Source: Thermoplasmata archaeon (GTDB lineage: Archaea > Thermoplasmatota > Thermoplasmata > Lutacidiplasmatales > UBA184). Taken from it: a stretch of DNA of 64,000 nucleotides. Both the position numbers and the translations under genes were made by a program. Each line of letters begins with the position of its first letter. Position 1 is the stretch's first letter. Below are positions 11,269 to 21,256 of this stretch, piece after piece. The notes beneath the pieces are model-generated. The model saw only the letters and a list, made by a program, of their open reading frames with translations, did no database searches and had not been told where the DNA came from. The DNA lies in the NCBI GenBank assembly GCA_022750195.1, contig JAKIWE010000006.1:3295-67294 (forward strand). Reading direction: 5' to 3'.

Positions 11269-11361
11269 CGATGGCGACGCCCCCCCCGCGTCGGGGGTCG
11301 GAAAAAGGTCTGCTATATATGAATATGGGTGAGCGGCGAAGGGGACCCGGGCCGGGGGGGG

Positions 11362-11739
11362 CTACTTCGCGCTTCGGGCTCGATTCTCCGAGACCCGAGC
11401 CCGAACGATCCGCCGGATCAGGTCGGCCGGGAGAGGATTCGTCGGGGTGAAGTGAAGCGTGCCCTTGCCCTGGTCGAACGGCTTGAGCTCCTTCGCGAAC
11501 CGACGACGGACCTTGTGGCTCCCCACGAAGAAGCTGCAGTGATCACGGAAGGCCGCGTACCAGACGAGCACGCCGCCGTCGCGGAAAGCGGGCATCATGT
11601 AGCTGATCGTCTCGGTCGCCCGGGGCGCGGCGGCTCGGATCGTGCGCCGAAGCTTGGTCAGTTCCTTGCGAAAGGCGGGCGGGACCTTCGCCAGATACTC
11701 GTCGACGGCTTTGGACCCTAACGCAACGGAGGAAGGCAC
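11362..11739 (-). CDS. DUF1801/YdhG-like protein
   Basis: VDEYLA...LRRTIRAAAPRATETISYMMPAF...KGTLHF...LPADLIRRIVRAR. Confidence 0.88.
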   Translation of the reverse strand: MPSSVALGSKAVDEYLAKVPPAFRKELTKLRRTIRAAAPRATETISYMMPAFRDGGVLVWYAAFRDHCSFFVGSHKVRRRFAKELKPFDQGKGTLHFTPTNPLPADLIRRIVRARVSENRARSAK

Positions 11740-11837
11740 GGACGACCGCGACCACCGGCCGATGGGTTAACGACTTTGCCAAAGAGCGGGAGGCGGTGGC
11801 GGGGGCTCGTAGAGCGGGCTTTCGGGGGTGAAGGGAT

Positions 11838-12095
11838 CTAGGACTTCGCCTTCTTCGCCTCGTCGACCTCTTGCTTGATCTCGGCCGCGAGCACCTTGCG
11901 GCGCGCACGACGGGCGAGTGCGCCTCCCAAGATTCCGAAAATGATGCCGCCGATCAGCGCCGGGACGACGAGATACAGGACGCCCGTCGTCAGATTGCTG
12001 AGGTCGACGTAGCCGAACTGTTGCCCCAGGAGGACGACCACGACGAACAGAATGGCGCCGCTGGCTGCGCCGCTGATGGCCGGGTGTTCGCTCAC
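11838..12095 (-). CDS. Small membrane protein, hypothetical
   Basis: Two TM helices and a basic C-terminus; 4-nt overlap with the upstream gene. Confidence 0.7.
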   Translation of the reverse strand: MSEHPAISGAASGAILFVVVVLLGQQFGYVDLSNLTTGVLYLVVPALIGGIIFGILGGALARRARRKVLAAEIKQEVDEAKKAKS

Positions 12096-12793
12096 GGCTT
12101 CCCCTTGCCCGCTTCGTTCGCGAGCTCTTCGGGCATCGCCTCAGGAGGGGTCGGCGAGGTTTCGGGTCTGCGCACCGACTTCGTCGAGCCGAGCTTCGCG
12201 ATGCTGTAGATCTCGTAGATCGCGATCGCGACGAGAAGGACGTTGATCGCGACGAGATGGTACGGCGAGACGACGTGAACGTAGAACGACTGCTGCCAGA
12301 GGGTGGAGCCGCCTTGGGCGACCAGGCTGCCGGTCACCTCGTAGAGTCCCTCGGCCAGGTACCGAACCTCCGAGAAGTCGCTCGAGAGATTGATCCAACC
12401 GGTCGCGTTCGGGTCCGGCGGGGAGAGGACCTGGACCCGCGTGAACGCGGAGAAGCCGAGGACCACGGCGACGAGCTGTGCCTGGGCGATCGCTTGGCGA
12501 CCGCCCCCCACGCTGCTCACGGTTTGGAGCCAGTGGAACGTCGCGGCGACCGCCCCGGGAGCGATGGTCAGGGCGGTCGACGGGCTCCCCGCCCCGCTGG
12601 TGTTGAACCCCCCGAAGTCGAGGGTGCCTACCACTCCGTTCTGCTCGAGCGCGGCGGATGGGCGGACCGTGAGGGTCGAAACAGGAGTTCCTGCCGCGGG
12701 GGTCACACTGAGAAGAGCAACGACGGCCAAGAAGGCGGCGGCGACGACCGGCCGGAGCTTCGGCCCGGGCGAGCCCCAGCGGGGTGAACGCAT
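12092..12793 (-). CDS. Secreted, C-terminally anchored hypothetical protein
   Basis: Signal peptide-like N-terminus, beta-rich core, C-terminal TM helix (LVAINVLLVAIAIYEIY). Confidence 0.7.
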   Translation of the reverse strand: MRSPRWGSPGPKLRPVVAAAFLAVVALLSVTPAAGTPVSTLTVRPSAALEQNGVVGTLDFGGFNTSGAGSPSTALTIAPGAVAATFHWLQTVSSVGGGRQAIAQAQLVAVVLGFSAFTRVQVLSPPDPNATGWINLSSDFSEVRYLAEGLYEVTGSLVAQGGSTLWQQSFYVHVVSPYHLVAINVLLVAIAIYEIYSIAKLGSTKSVRRPETSPTPPEAMPEELANEAGKGKP

Positions 12794-12909
12794 CCACCGA
12801 GAGCAGGTCGGCTTGGGTTATCTATCTTCGCCCGGCGTGCCACCGCCCCTCGGCGGCGGCCTCACCGTTAATAGCCGGGCGGAATTCGAAGCGTCGAGGG
12901 AGGTCGACT

Positions 12910-13164
12910 ACGTCCACCATCACGTTGGAAGTGCGCGTCGAGCTCAAGCCCGGGATCCTCGACGCCGAGGCGGAGAGCATTCAGAAGTCCCTCGGCCTGT
13001 TGGGAGTAGGCCACGTGAGCCGCGTCCTCACGGCGAAGGTGTACGCAATCTCCTACGAAGGGGTCGACCTCGCCGAAGCGCACGCGCTCACCGACCGGGC
13101 GGTCGACCAGCTCCTGGCGAACCCCGTGGTCCACCGCGTGACCGTCGCGCCCGCTCGCCCATGA
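12910..13164 (+). CDS. purS: Phosphoribosylformylglycinamidine synthase subunit PurS (start uncertain: ACG 12910 or TTG 12925)
   Basis: VELKPGILDAEAESI...LLANPVVH motifs; ATGA overlap with purL. Confidence 0.9.
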   Translation, partial: TSTITLEVRVELKPGILDAEAESIQKSLGLLGVGHVSRVLTAKVYAISYEGVDLAEAHALTDRAVDQLLANPVVHRVTVAPARP

Positions 13165-15494
13165 CCCCGGCCCGAAGATCGGCGCCTTCGGCCCCCGTGG
13201 CCTGGGCCTCAGGGGTCCAGTCGGTGCCCCTTCGGCGTGCGACGGCGGGGGCGCTACGCGAGCTGTCGGCACGGTTTCGGTGGGGGTTTTCCGAGCCCGA
13301 ATTGGCCCGGCTCCAACGGTACTTCAGGGTCGAGGGCCGTGATCCTACGGACGTCGAGCTCGCGGGATTGGCCCAAAGCTGGAGCGAGCATTGCAGCTAC
13401 AAGAGCTCCCGACCGTTCCTCCGAGCCTTCGCGAGGCTTCGCCCCGACCGGAGGGTCCTCGGGACCGGTGATGCCGGGGTGATGGCGTTCGCGCCGGGGT
13501 ACGCCTACGCACTTCGGATCGAATCCCACAACCATCCCTCTGCGGTCGAACCGTACGGCGGGGCGGCGACCGGGATCGGCGGGATCCTTCGCGATGTGCT
13601 CGCCGTGGGGGCGAAGCCGATCGCGCTGACCGACCCGTTGTTCTTCGGACCGCTCGACCTCGACACGACGCCGCAGGGGGTCAAGCACCCGCGGTACCTC
13701 ATGGCCGGGGTCGTCAGCGGTATCCGCGACTACGGCAACCGCGTCGGCGTTCCGACGATCGCGGGTGGCGTCTTCTTCGACCCCGCCTTCACCGTCAATC
13801 CCCTCGTGAACGTCGGCTGCGTCGGGTTCCTCCCGAGGCGGCGACTGGTCCCGAACCGGGCCCGCGCCGCCGGTGATCGCCTGGTCCTCGTCGGGGGCCT
13901 CACGGGGCGCGACGGGCTCGGCGGCGTCGCCTTCGCGTCGAAGGAGCTCACCGAACGGAGCGAGGACGAGTCCCGGGGCGCCGTCCAGCTCGGCAACCCG
14001 ATCATGAAAGAGCCGCTGATCCACGCCTGTCTCGAGGCGTACGACAAGGGGCTCGTTGCCGGCGTCAAGGATCTAGGGGGCGGAGGCCTCGCGAGCGCCT
14101 CCGGCGAGCTGGTCCACGCCGGCGGTTTCGGCTCTCGCATCGACCTCGACCGGGTACCGTTGCGCGAGACCGGGCTCCGGCCGTGGGAGATCTGGATCTC
14201 GGAGTCGCAGGAGCGGATGCTCCTCGACGTTCCTCCCCAGCATGTGCCGGCGGTCCTCGCGATCTTCGCCCGCTACGACGTCCCGGCCCAGGCCGTCGGG
14301 GAGGTCACCGCCGACGGCCGAGAACGGCTGTTCTACAAAGGCACCCCGGCGGCCGAGCTCAACGTCGGGTTCCGGGTCGCTCCCCCTCCCCTCCGACGTC
14401 GAACGCTCGCGCGTCGAGCGCCGAAAAGTCGGCTTCCGCCGCACGTTCCCGAGGAGGGGATCCCGGCGCTGTTCGAGCGGCTGGTCCTCGCTCGGGAGTG
14501 CGTCTCCCGTGAGCCCGTCCTCCGCGTCTACGACCACGAGGTCCAGGGGGAGACGGTCGTGAAACCGTTGCACGGCCACACCGTCTCCCCCTCGCACGGC
14601 GACGCGGCGGTGCTCCGTCCGCACCCCGGCCTTTGGAAGGGCCTCGCGGTGACCGTCGCGGCTCGTCCGTCGTACGGGGCGATCGACCCCCGCGCGGCGG
14701 GCGTGGAGGTCGTCGAGGAGGCCGCACGGAACCTGTACGCCGTCGGCGCCCACCCCGACGCGCTGACCAACTGTCTCAACTTCGGTAACCCGGAGGACGC
14801 GCGTGTCATGGGCGACTTCCGGTCGGCGGTCGACGGCCTGGCCGCCGCCGCGCAAGCGCTCCGCTTCGCGGTCCCCTCGGGCAACGTCAGCCTGTACAAC
14901 GGCGGCTTGGGCGCGGGGATTCCCCCCACCCCGGTGGTGATGGCGACCGGCCTCGTCGACGACGTCCGCCGGTGCCTGACCTCCGATCTGAAGACCATCG
15001 ACGACCCACTCTTCCTCGTGGGACCCAGCTTCCCGGCGCTCGGAGGATCGGTCTATGCTCGAACGTGCGGGGTACGGGGAGGTGCGTTGCCCCCCCAGGA
15101 TCCGGCCGGGGTCAAGAAGGCGGGCGACCGATTGCTCACGGCCACCTCGCGGGGAGGGGTCCGCGCCTCGCACGACATCTCGGAGGGTGGCCTCGCGGTC
15201 ACCCTGGCCGAGATGGCCTTCGGCGGCGCGCTCGGGTTCGATGTCGACCTCCAGACGACCGGCCTTCCCGGGCCGGACCTCGCCCTGGCGGCGGAGGGTG
15301 GCTCGCGCTGGGTCGTGGAGGTCGCGCCACAACACCGGCATTCGTTCCTCCGAACGATGCGTGGAATCCCGGTCGCGGAGCTCGGGGTCGTGACCGCCGA
15401 GTCGACGCGTTTGCGCTGGGGTCCGAAGATCCTCGCGGACGAGCCGATGGGGTCGCTGTACGGGCGGTGGCGGGAGGGGGTGGGGATCCCCTGA
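13161..15494 (+). CDS. purL: Phosphoribosylformylglycinamidine synthase subunit PurL (small type)
   Basis: QSWSEHCSYKSS, ESHNHPSAVEPYGGAATGIGGILRD, SESQERM, NCLNFGNPE, HDISEGGL. Start at ATG 13161. Confidence 0.97.
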   Translation: MTPARRSAPSAPVAWASGVQSVPLRRATAGALRELSARFRWGFSEPELARLQRYFRVEGRDPTDVELAGLAQSWSEHCSYKSSRPFLRAFARLRPDRRVLGTGDAGVMAFAPGYAYALRIESHNHPSAVEPYGGAATGIGGILRDVLAVGAKPIALTDPLFFGPLDLDTTPQGVKHPRYLMAGVVSGIRDYGNRVGVPTIAGGVFFDPAFTVNPLVNVGCVGFLPRRRLVPNRARAAGDRLVLVGGLTGRDGLGGVAFASKELTERSEDESRGAVQLGNPIMKEPLIHACLEAYDKGLVAGVKDLGGGGLASASGELVHAGGFGSRIDLDRVPLRETGLRPWEIWISESQERMLLDVPPQHVPAVLAIFARYDVPAQAVGEVTADGRERLFYKGTPAAELNVGFRVAPPPLRRRTLARRAPKSRLPPHVPEEGIPALFERLVLARECVSREPVLRVYDHEVQGETVVKPLHGHTVSPSHGDAAVLRPHPGLWKGLAVTVAARPSYGAIDPRAAGVEVVEEAARNLYAVGAHPDALTNCLNFGNPEDARVMGDFRSAVDGLAAAAQALRFAVPSGNVSLYNGGLGAGIPPTPVVMATGLVDDVRRCLTSDLKTIDDPLFLVGPSFPALGGSVYARTCGVRGGALPPQDPAGVKKAGDRLLTATSRGGVRASHDISEGGLAVTLAEMAFGGALGFDVDLQTTGLPGPDLALAAEGGSRWVVEVAPQHRHSFLRTMRGIPVAELGVVTAESTRLRWGPKILADEPMGSLYGRWREGVGIP

Positions 15495-16201
15495 CCGACG
15501 GCCCACGGGTCACGGCGCTCGTTTCCGGCGGAAAGGACTCGATCTATGCGGCGTACCTAGCCGAGTCGCAGGCGTGGCCGGTCGACGAACTGCTGGTCCT
15601 CCGGCCGAGCGACCCCGAGTCGATGATGTTCCACACCCCCAACCTGCATCTGGTCTCCCTCCAGGCAGAGGCCTGGGGCAAGCCCTGCCGGTACGTGGAG
15701 TTCGACGGCCGAGGCGAAGCGGCCGAGACGAAGGCGCTCACCGACGCTCTCGCGACGGGCGGAGATCGAATCGTTGCCGGCGCGATCGCCTCCTCGTACC
15801 AGTGGGGCCGTCTGAACCGTATCGCCCATGGCCTGGGGCGAAAGGTCTACACACCCCTCTGGGGGAAGGAAGCCGGACGCGTGGTCCGCGAGGAGATCGC
15901 CGCAGGGCTCGACATCCGGCTCGTGCACCTCGCCGCCGAGCCGCTCGGTGCCGACCTCGCCGGACAGCGACTCGACCTCGAGCTCCTCGCGGAGCTCGAG
16001 CGGCGGAGCGCCGAGCGGCGGCCGATCCACGTGGGGGGCGAAGGAGGGGAGTATGAGACGCTGGTCGTCGACGCTCCGTTCTTCGCGCGCCGGATCGAGA
16101 TCGACGACTCCGAGGTGAAACGCGACGGCCGGGCGACGACCTTCATCGTCCGGGCCGCGCACCTCGCGGAGAAGGTCGGGCGTTCCCGCGCCGCCTCGTG
16201 A
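15491..16201 (+). CDS. Diphthine--ammonia ligase (Dph6-like PP-loop ATPase); start CTG 15491 or GTG 15467
   Basis: SGGKDS PP-loop, SMMFH, GAIASSYQ, TPLWG, GEGGEYETLVVDAPFF. Confidence 0.9.
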   Translation: MTDGPRVTALVSGGKDSIYAAYLAESQAWPVDELLVLRPSDPESMMFHTPNLHLVSLQAEAWGKPCRYVEFDGRGEAAETKALTDALATGGDRIVAGAIASSYQWGRLNRIAHGLGRKVYTPLWGKEAGRVVREEIAAGLDIRLVHLAAEPLGADLAGQRLDLELLAELERRSAERRPIHVGGEGGEYETLVVDAPFFARRIEIDDSEVKRDGRATTFIVRAAHLAEKVGRSRAAS

Positions 16202-16253
16202 CCGTCGGCGGGGTTTTCTGCTGAACGGCGTCAGGGCCCGCGGCGAAGGGTCG

Positions 16254-16994
16254 ATGCGGAGCGCGAGTGGGGCACGGGAGGCGGCGCGGGCCCTGGGCGA
16301 CCGGCGCGCGGTTCCTGACCTTCGGTGGATCCAGCGGCTCACGGGCGCGCCGGAAGATCGGGTGCTCCGGGTCCTGAACGAGCTCGGAAGTAAGGTCGCC
16401 ACCGAGCGGTCGATCCGAGAGGCCCACCGGGCGGGCGGACGGAGCTTCTACGCCCAGTTCCGGGCCCCGTTCGACCTCTACGCGATGGTGCGCTTGACGC
16501 GACCGGCCGAGATCATCGAGACCGGAGTCTCCTCGGGCGTTTCCTCCGCCCACCTGCTCCTCGCGCTCGCCCGCAACGGCACCGGCCGTCTCCATTCGAT
16601 CGACCTTCCGACGCGGCAATCGTCCGAGGAGCTGCGACGCGACGAGTCTCCCGTTGCGATCCCCCCGGGCCGGGACTCGGGCTGGGCGGTCCCTTCCGGC
16701 CTCCGACGCGGATGGGACCTCCGCCAGGGTCGGAGCGAGCGGCTGCTGCCTGCGCTTGTCCGCGAGCTCTCGGAGGTCTCGATCTTCCTTCACGACAGTC
16801 ACCACACGCCCGCGCACCTCTCCTTCGAGCTCGAAGCCGTGCGGCCACGGCTCCACCCTGGGTCGATCGTGCTCGCCGACAACACCGTGTGGACAGGACA
16901 GTCGTTCCCGCGATTCGCCCGGTCGATCGACGCGCCGGTGGTCCGCCGTCGTCGCAGCGATCTCGTGGGGGTTCGTGTCCCGGAGCGCCGGTGA
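16254..16994 (+). CDS. Class I SAM-dependent methyltransferase (Methyltransf_24-like)
   Basis: IIETGVSSGVSS, LHSIDLP, IFLHDSHH, VLADN. Confidence 0.88.
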   Translation: MRSASGAREAARALGDRRAVPDLRWIQRLTGAPEDRVLRVLNELGSKVATERSIREAHRAGGRSFYAQFRAPFDLYAMVRLTRPAEIIETGVSSGVSSAHLLLALARNGTGRLHSIDLPTRQSSEELRRDESPVAIPPGRDSGWAVPSGLRRGWDLRQGRSERLLPALVRELSEVSIFLHDSHHTPAHLSFELEAVRPRLHPGSIVLADNTVWTGQSFPRFARSIDAPVVRRRRSDLVGVRVPERR

Positions 16995-17139
16995 GCAGCC
17001 CAGCCGAAGTCCGCGCCGACGGCTGGCCTCCGCGCGCTCCGGGAAACCCTACCTCCTGCGGGTTGCGCCGATGCTGTACGATTCGCTCGAGGGTAGGCGC
17101 CGGGAAGGGTTAGATACGCTGCGCCCGTCCCGCCGGAGG

Positions 17140-20100
17140 ATGGGGGCGGGGCGCTCCACCGTGCGCCGCTCCAAGTTCGCCCACGCCGCTGTGATCGGCG
17201 CGGTGCTGGCGGTGTTGCTTCTCTCCGGAGTGGGTGCCGAGCGCGTTCGCTCGGTGAACGGTTCCGCGGCGCCGGCCGCCGCCGCCCCGACGCCCCTCGT
17301 TAGCCTCCACGTGCCGTCGGCAGGCGGCCGTTCTGGGGGCGACCCGATGCTCCCGACGGCGTGCCCAACCTTGGGCGGCGCCCGGAACGGCTGCCCGCTC
17401 GTCGGGCAGAGCGTTGGGCCGGCCGTCGCGGGCCCGGCACCCCCTTGGAGGAGTCTCAACGTGTCAGGGGCCGTCCCTCCGGGGCGGGACTTCTACGCGA
17501 TGGCCTACGACCCGGCGGACCAGTACGTCGTACTGTTCGGCGGGTACAACGCGAGCAACGGCAACGACTACAACGACACCTGGACCTACACCCACGGGGC
17601 GTGGACCAAACTCACCCCCTCCGTCGCGCCTCCCGCCCGCCGGGGTGGCTCCATGGCCTACGACGCAGCCGACGGGTACCTCGTGCTCTACGGTGGCATT
17701 CCGGCCAGCAACAGCTGCTGCTTCAACGACACCTGGACGTTCACGGCCGGAAACTGGACGGACGTCACGTCCAGCTCCCCGAACGGTTCGAACACCCCGG
17801 GCGCCCGGTACGTCGCAGGGTTCGCCTACGACCCCGTCGACCACTATCTCGTCCTGTACGGGGGCAGCACGGCGCTGGGTTGCGTTTCGGCGATGAACGA
17901 CACCTGGAAGTTCGTCGCGGGAAACTGGACGCTCCTCAACGACAACGGCACGAACCCGGGCCATCGCGGGGGTCAGATGATGCTCTGGTATCCGCCCGCC
18001 AACGCCCTGCTCGTCGTCGGCGGGTGCGATCCGGCGGTCGTCGCGGGCAACGGTCACCACAACGACACGTGGGAGTTCGCCGGCGGGAATTGGACCGTCG
18101 TGAACACCCCCGCGAGCCCCGGTCACCGGGGAGACTCCTGGATGGTCTGGGATCCGGTGTACCACTATCTCGTTCTGTTCGGCGGGCTCTACGACAACAC
18201 CTACGGCGGCAACGCCCCGATCAACGACACCTGGCTGTACCTCTCCTCCGGCTGGACCAACGAGACGGCGAACCTCTCGCTCGCGCCCTCCGCGCGCTGG
18301 ACGTTCGAGAACGCCGGCGTCTGGGACGGGGCGGACGGCTACCCCCTCCTCTTCGGCGGCCGTGACGCCAGTGGCATCGACCAGAACGACACCTGGACGT
18401 TCAACTGGACCCTGCGCGCGACCCTTGTGGCCTCCCGCCCGGCGGTCGACCAGAACCAGAGCGTCGATCTGGTCGCGAACGCGTCCGGCGGGACGTTCAC
18501 CTTCACCTACACCTACGGCAATCTTCCCAGCGACTGCGCCTCGAGCAACAGCACGTCGATCTCCTGCGCGTTCAACGTGACCGGCACGTTCCCGCTCAAC
18601 GTCACCGTCACGGACTCGGCGGGCGCCCGGGTCGTCGCGAACCTGACGATCCAGGTCTACCCAGATCCGTTGGCGAACCTCACCGTCGCCCCCGCGGTGA
18701 TCGACCTCGGACAAGGCGTTCAGTACACGGTCACCATTCTCGGAGGCTCGGGCGGTGTCAACTACACCTATCGAACCCTCCCACCGGGCTGCGCTGCGCG
18801 CAACGCCCCGAGTGTCAACTGCACGCCGTCCGCGGGCGGTACCTTCAGCAGTTCGGTCCGGATCGTCGACCGCGCCGGGGAGGCCGTAGCGACGCCCAAC
18901 GTGGCGATCGTCGTGCACCCGCGTCCGACCGTCAGCGCGCAGACCGGGCCGACCTCGGGGACGGTGCCGTTCACGGTCAACTTCACGGCGGTATCGAGCG
19001 GGGGGACGCTGCCCGTCTCCTTCGTCTGGTCGTTCGGGGACGGGAGCAGCAACGCGAGCGTCGCTAACGTCTCGCACGTGTACCTCTCGGTCGGCCACTT
19101 CGTGGCCGTCGTGACGGCGAGCGACAGCCTGGGCGACGTCGGGACCGCTCGGGTGGCCATCACGGTCCTGGCCCCCCTCGCGGTACAGACCGTGGCCGTC
19201 CCCGCGTCGGGCATCGCACCGTTGTTCACGAACTTCTCCACACTGCCGAGCGGTGGATCGCCGCCGTACTCGTTCCTCTGGAACTTCGGCGACGGCAGCT
19301 CGTCGAGCGCGGTCTCCGACCCGAGCCACGTCTACACGACGGCGGGGTTCTACAACGCGACGCTCACCGTCACCGATTCGGCCACCCGCACCGCGTCGGC
19401 GAAGGTGCCGATCGCCGTGATCCGGCCTCTGTCGGTCGCCCCGACCGCCAACCGGACCATCGGCGAGATCCCCTTCAACGTGAGCTTCGGCGCGACGATC
19501 CTGGGCGGCCAGAGCCCGTACACCTACCTCTGGTCGTTCGGCGACGGCACGACCTCCACGCTCGCTGCTCCGTCTCACAGCTTCAAGACCGCCGGCCAGT
19601 TCCGCGTGGGCTGGAGCGTCTCGGACGCGCTCGGGGAGCAGGCCGGCTCTTCCGAGCTCATCGAGGCGGTGGCCCCGCTGACCGTGACGCTAGGCCCCGC
19701 TTCCTCGACCCTGCTGCTCGGCCAGAGTGTTAACTTCTCCGTCACGAGCCATGGAGGCTCGGGACTGGTGAGCTACACCTGGAGCGGTCTCCCTACGGGC
19801 TGCGCCACCGCCAACCGCTCCACCCTCAGCTGTCAGCCGACGGCCCCCGGCAACTCTACGGTCACCGTGCTCGCGGTGGATGACCTCGGCGGCCGGTCGG
19901 GGGCCTCCGCCCGGGTCGAGGTCGACCCGGTCCCGAAATCCCCGAGCCCATCGCAAGGTGCCTCCAACGCCTTCGCCTCCCCCCTGACATGGCTGGCGAT
20001 CGCGGCGGTCGTCGTCGTGGCCGCCGTCGTCGGGCTGGTCCTTGCTCTCCGTCGGCGGCCAAGGTCGCCCGCGATGGACAACCAGACCGCCGGACCGGAG

Positions 20101-20142
20101 GCAGCCGAGCAGACCGACGGCGAGGTCGTCGAGCAGAGTTGA
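17140..20142 (+). CDS. Cell-surface Kelch beta-propeller plus PKD-repeat protein, C-terminally anchored
   Basis: Signal peptide; repeated MAYD..LVLFGG..NDTW Kelch units; WxFGDG PKD repeats; TM helix followed by RRRPR. Start approximate. Confidence 0.88.
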   Translation: MGAGRSTVRRSKFAHAAVIGAVLAVLLLSGVGAERVRSVNGSAAPAAAAPTPLVSLHVPSAGGRSGGDPMLPTACPTLGGARNGCPLVGQSVGPAVAGPAPPWRSLNVSGAVPPGRDFYAMAYDPADQYVVLFGGYNASNGNDYNDTWTYTHGAWTKLTPSVAPPARRGGSMAYDAADGYLVLYGGIPASNSCCFNDTWTFTAGNWTDVTSSSPNGSNTPGARYVAGFAYDPVDHYLVLYGGSTALGCVSAMNDTWKFVAGNWTLLNDNGTNPGHRGGQMMLWYPPANALLVVGGCDPAVVAGNGHHNDTWEFAGGNWTVVNTPASPGHRGDSWMVWDPVYHYLVLFGGLYDNTYGGNAPINDTWLYLSSGWTNETANLSLAPSARWTFENAGVWDGADGYPLLFGGRDASGIDQNDTWTFNWTLRATLVASRPAVDQNQSVDLVANASGGTFTFTYTYGNLPSDCASSNSTSISCAFNVTGTFPLNVTVTDSAGARVVANLTIQVYPDPLANLTVAPAVIDLGQGVQYTVTILGGSGGVNYTYRTLPPGCAARNAPSVNCTPSAGGTFSSSVRIVDRAGEAVATPNVAIVVHPRPTVSAQTGPTSGTVPFTVNFTAVSSGGTLPVSFVWSFGDGSSNASVANVSHVYLSVGHFVAVVTASDSLGDVGTARVAITVLAPLAVQTVAVPASGIAPLFTNFSTLPSGGSPPYSFLWNFGDGSSSSAVSDPSHVYTTAGFYNATLTVTDSATRTASAKVPIAVIRPLSVAPTANRTIGEIPFNVSFGATILGGQSPYTYLWSFGDGTTSTLAAPSHSFKTAGQFRVGWSVSDALGEQAGSSELIEAVAPLTVTLGPASSTLLLGQSVNFSVTSHGGSGLVSYTWSGLPTGCATANRSTLSCQPTAPGNSTVTVLAVDDLGGRSGASARVEVDPVPKSPSPSQGASNAFASPLTWLAIAAVVVVAAVVGLVLALRRRPRSPAMDNQTAGPEAAEQTDGEVVEQS

Positions 20143-20205
20143 TCCTTCCGCCCCGGCCGGATCCGCCGTGCTCCGGCGCGATGCTGACCGCGAGTAGGAG
20201 GGGTG

Positions 20206-21003
20206 TCAAGGCCGTAGGACCGCACCGCGGCGGCCGTGGGGTCCGAACCATCGGAACCCGGGGCTCTTGATCTCCCGACAGAATTGAGGGAACGCGTCGT
20301 TCAGCGACACGTCGTCGGAGAGCAAGTACCCTCCCGAGCGGAGGTGCGGCCAGCTCGTCCGGTACTCCCAGATCATGTTCTCGAAGGTGTGCTCCGAGTC
20401 GTGGAAGAAGATGTCCGCGGGGCCGACCTTCTCGAACAGCGAGGCGAGCGTCGGGTTGGACGGCGCGAGGGTCAGGCTCCAACGGTCCCGGAGGTCGTTC
20501 GGGACGACCCCGCCGGTCTGCGCTACCGGAACGGAGGTCCGGTCGAGCACGCCTTCGGACGTGACGTGCCCCTGAGGGTCGGTCGTCGGGAGGTCGATCG
20601 AGTGGAGGTGGCCCTCACTGTTGTCGTGGAGGCCCTGGAGGAGGAAGGCGCTCGAATAGCCTAGGGCGACGCCCGTCTCCACGACGACCTTGGGCCGGAG
20701 GGCGCGAACGAACAGGTAGAGGACCTCGCTCGAGGCGTCGGCCCGGCCGCCGGGATTGAGGACCGGTTGACCCGAGCTCTGGATCTCCCGCTCCCGCTCG
20801 TGGATCCGTTCGTAGATCCGGTCCCGCTCGAGGAGTTCGACCCACCAGCTCCGGAGCTGGGCGCGAGGCAGGCCAAGGAATCCGGCGAGCGAAGCCTCCA
20901 AGCGGAAGCCCCCCCACAGGGCTCGAGCCGTCGCGACCGGATGGTGGTACAGCTCGTACGCCAGCGTCGGCGTTACCCGGCGCGTCACGGATAGATTGAA
21001 CAT
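20206..21003 (-). CDS. Class I SAM-dependent methyltransferase (Methyltransf_24-like)
   Basis: VVETGVALGYSS, LHSIDLP, DIFFHDSEHT, LLSDDV. Start at ATG 21003. Confidence 0.88.
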   Translation of the reverse strand: MFNLSVTRRVTPTLAYELYHHPVATARALWGGFRLEASLAGFLGLPRAQLRSWWVELLERDRIYERIHEREREIQSSGQPVLNPGGRADASSEVLYLFVRALRPKVVVETGVALGYSSAFLLQGLHDNSEGHLHSIDLPTTDPQGHVTSEGVLDRTSVPVAQTGGVVPNDLRDRWSLTLAPSNPTLASLFEKVGPADIFFHDSEHTFENMIWEYRTSWPHLRSGGYLLSDDVSLNDAFPQFCREIKSPGFRWFGPHGRRGAVLRP

Positions 21004-21256
21004 CGCCGGCCCCCGCAATCCTACAGGTCGCGACGGGCGCTGACGGCGCCGGAGGGTCCGCCCGCGAGCACTGGAATCAACCTGCGTGCCGGCGGTCGAG
21101 CGGCGGAACGGCCAGCGGATGCGAGGTGCTCCGGTCCGACCTCGAGCCTGGAACCGGCGGGCGGCCCGCGCTCCCCGTTCAACGTTCCCCCACGTGCTCC
21201 CGCGCGCGAGGAAGGTGCGGTATAAGACCCTCCGTGTCGCCGTGGCCGGAGGAGTT

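Noticed and set aside
17480-19700. Recurrent DNA motifs such as AACGACACCTGG and TTCGGCGACGGC as a repeat array or CRISPR
   Set aside because: They are in-frame codons of Kelch (NDTW) and PKD (FGDG) protein repeats with irregular spacing.
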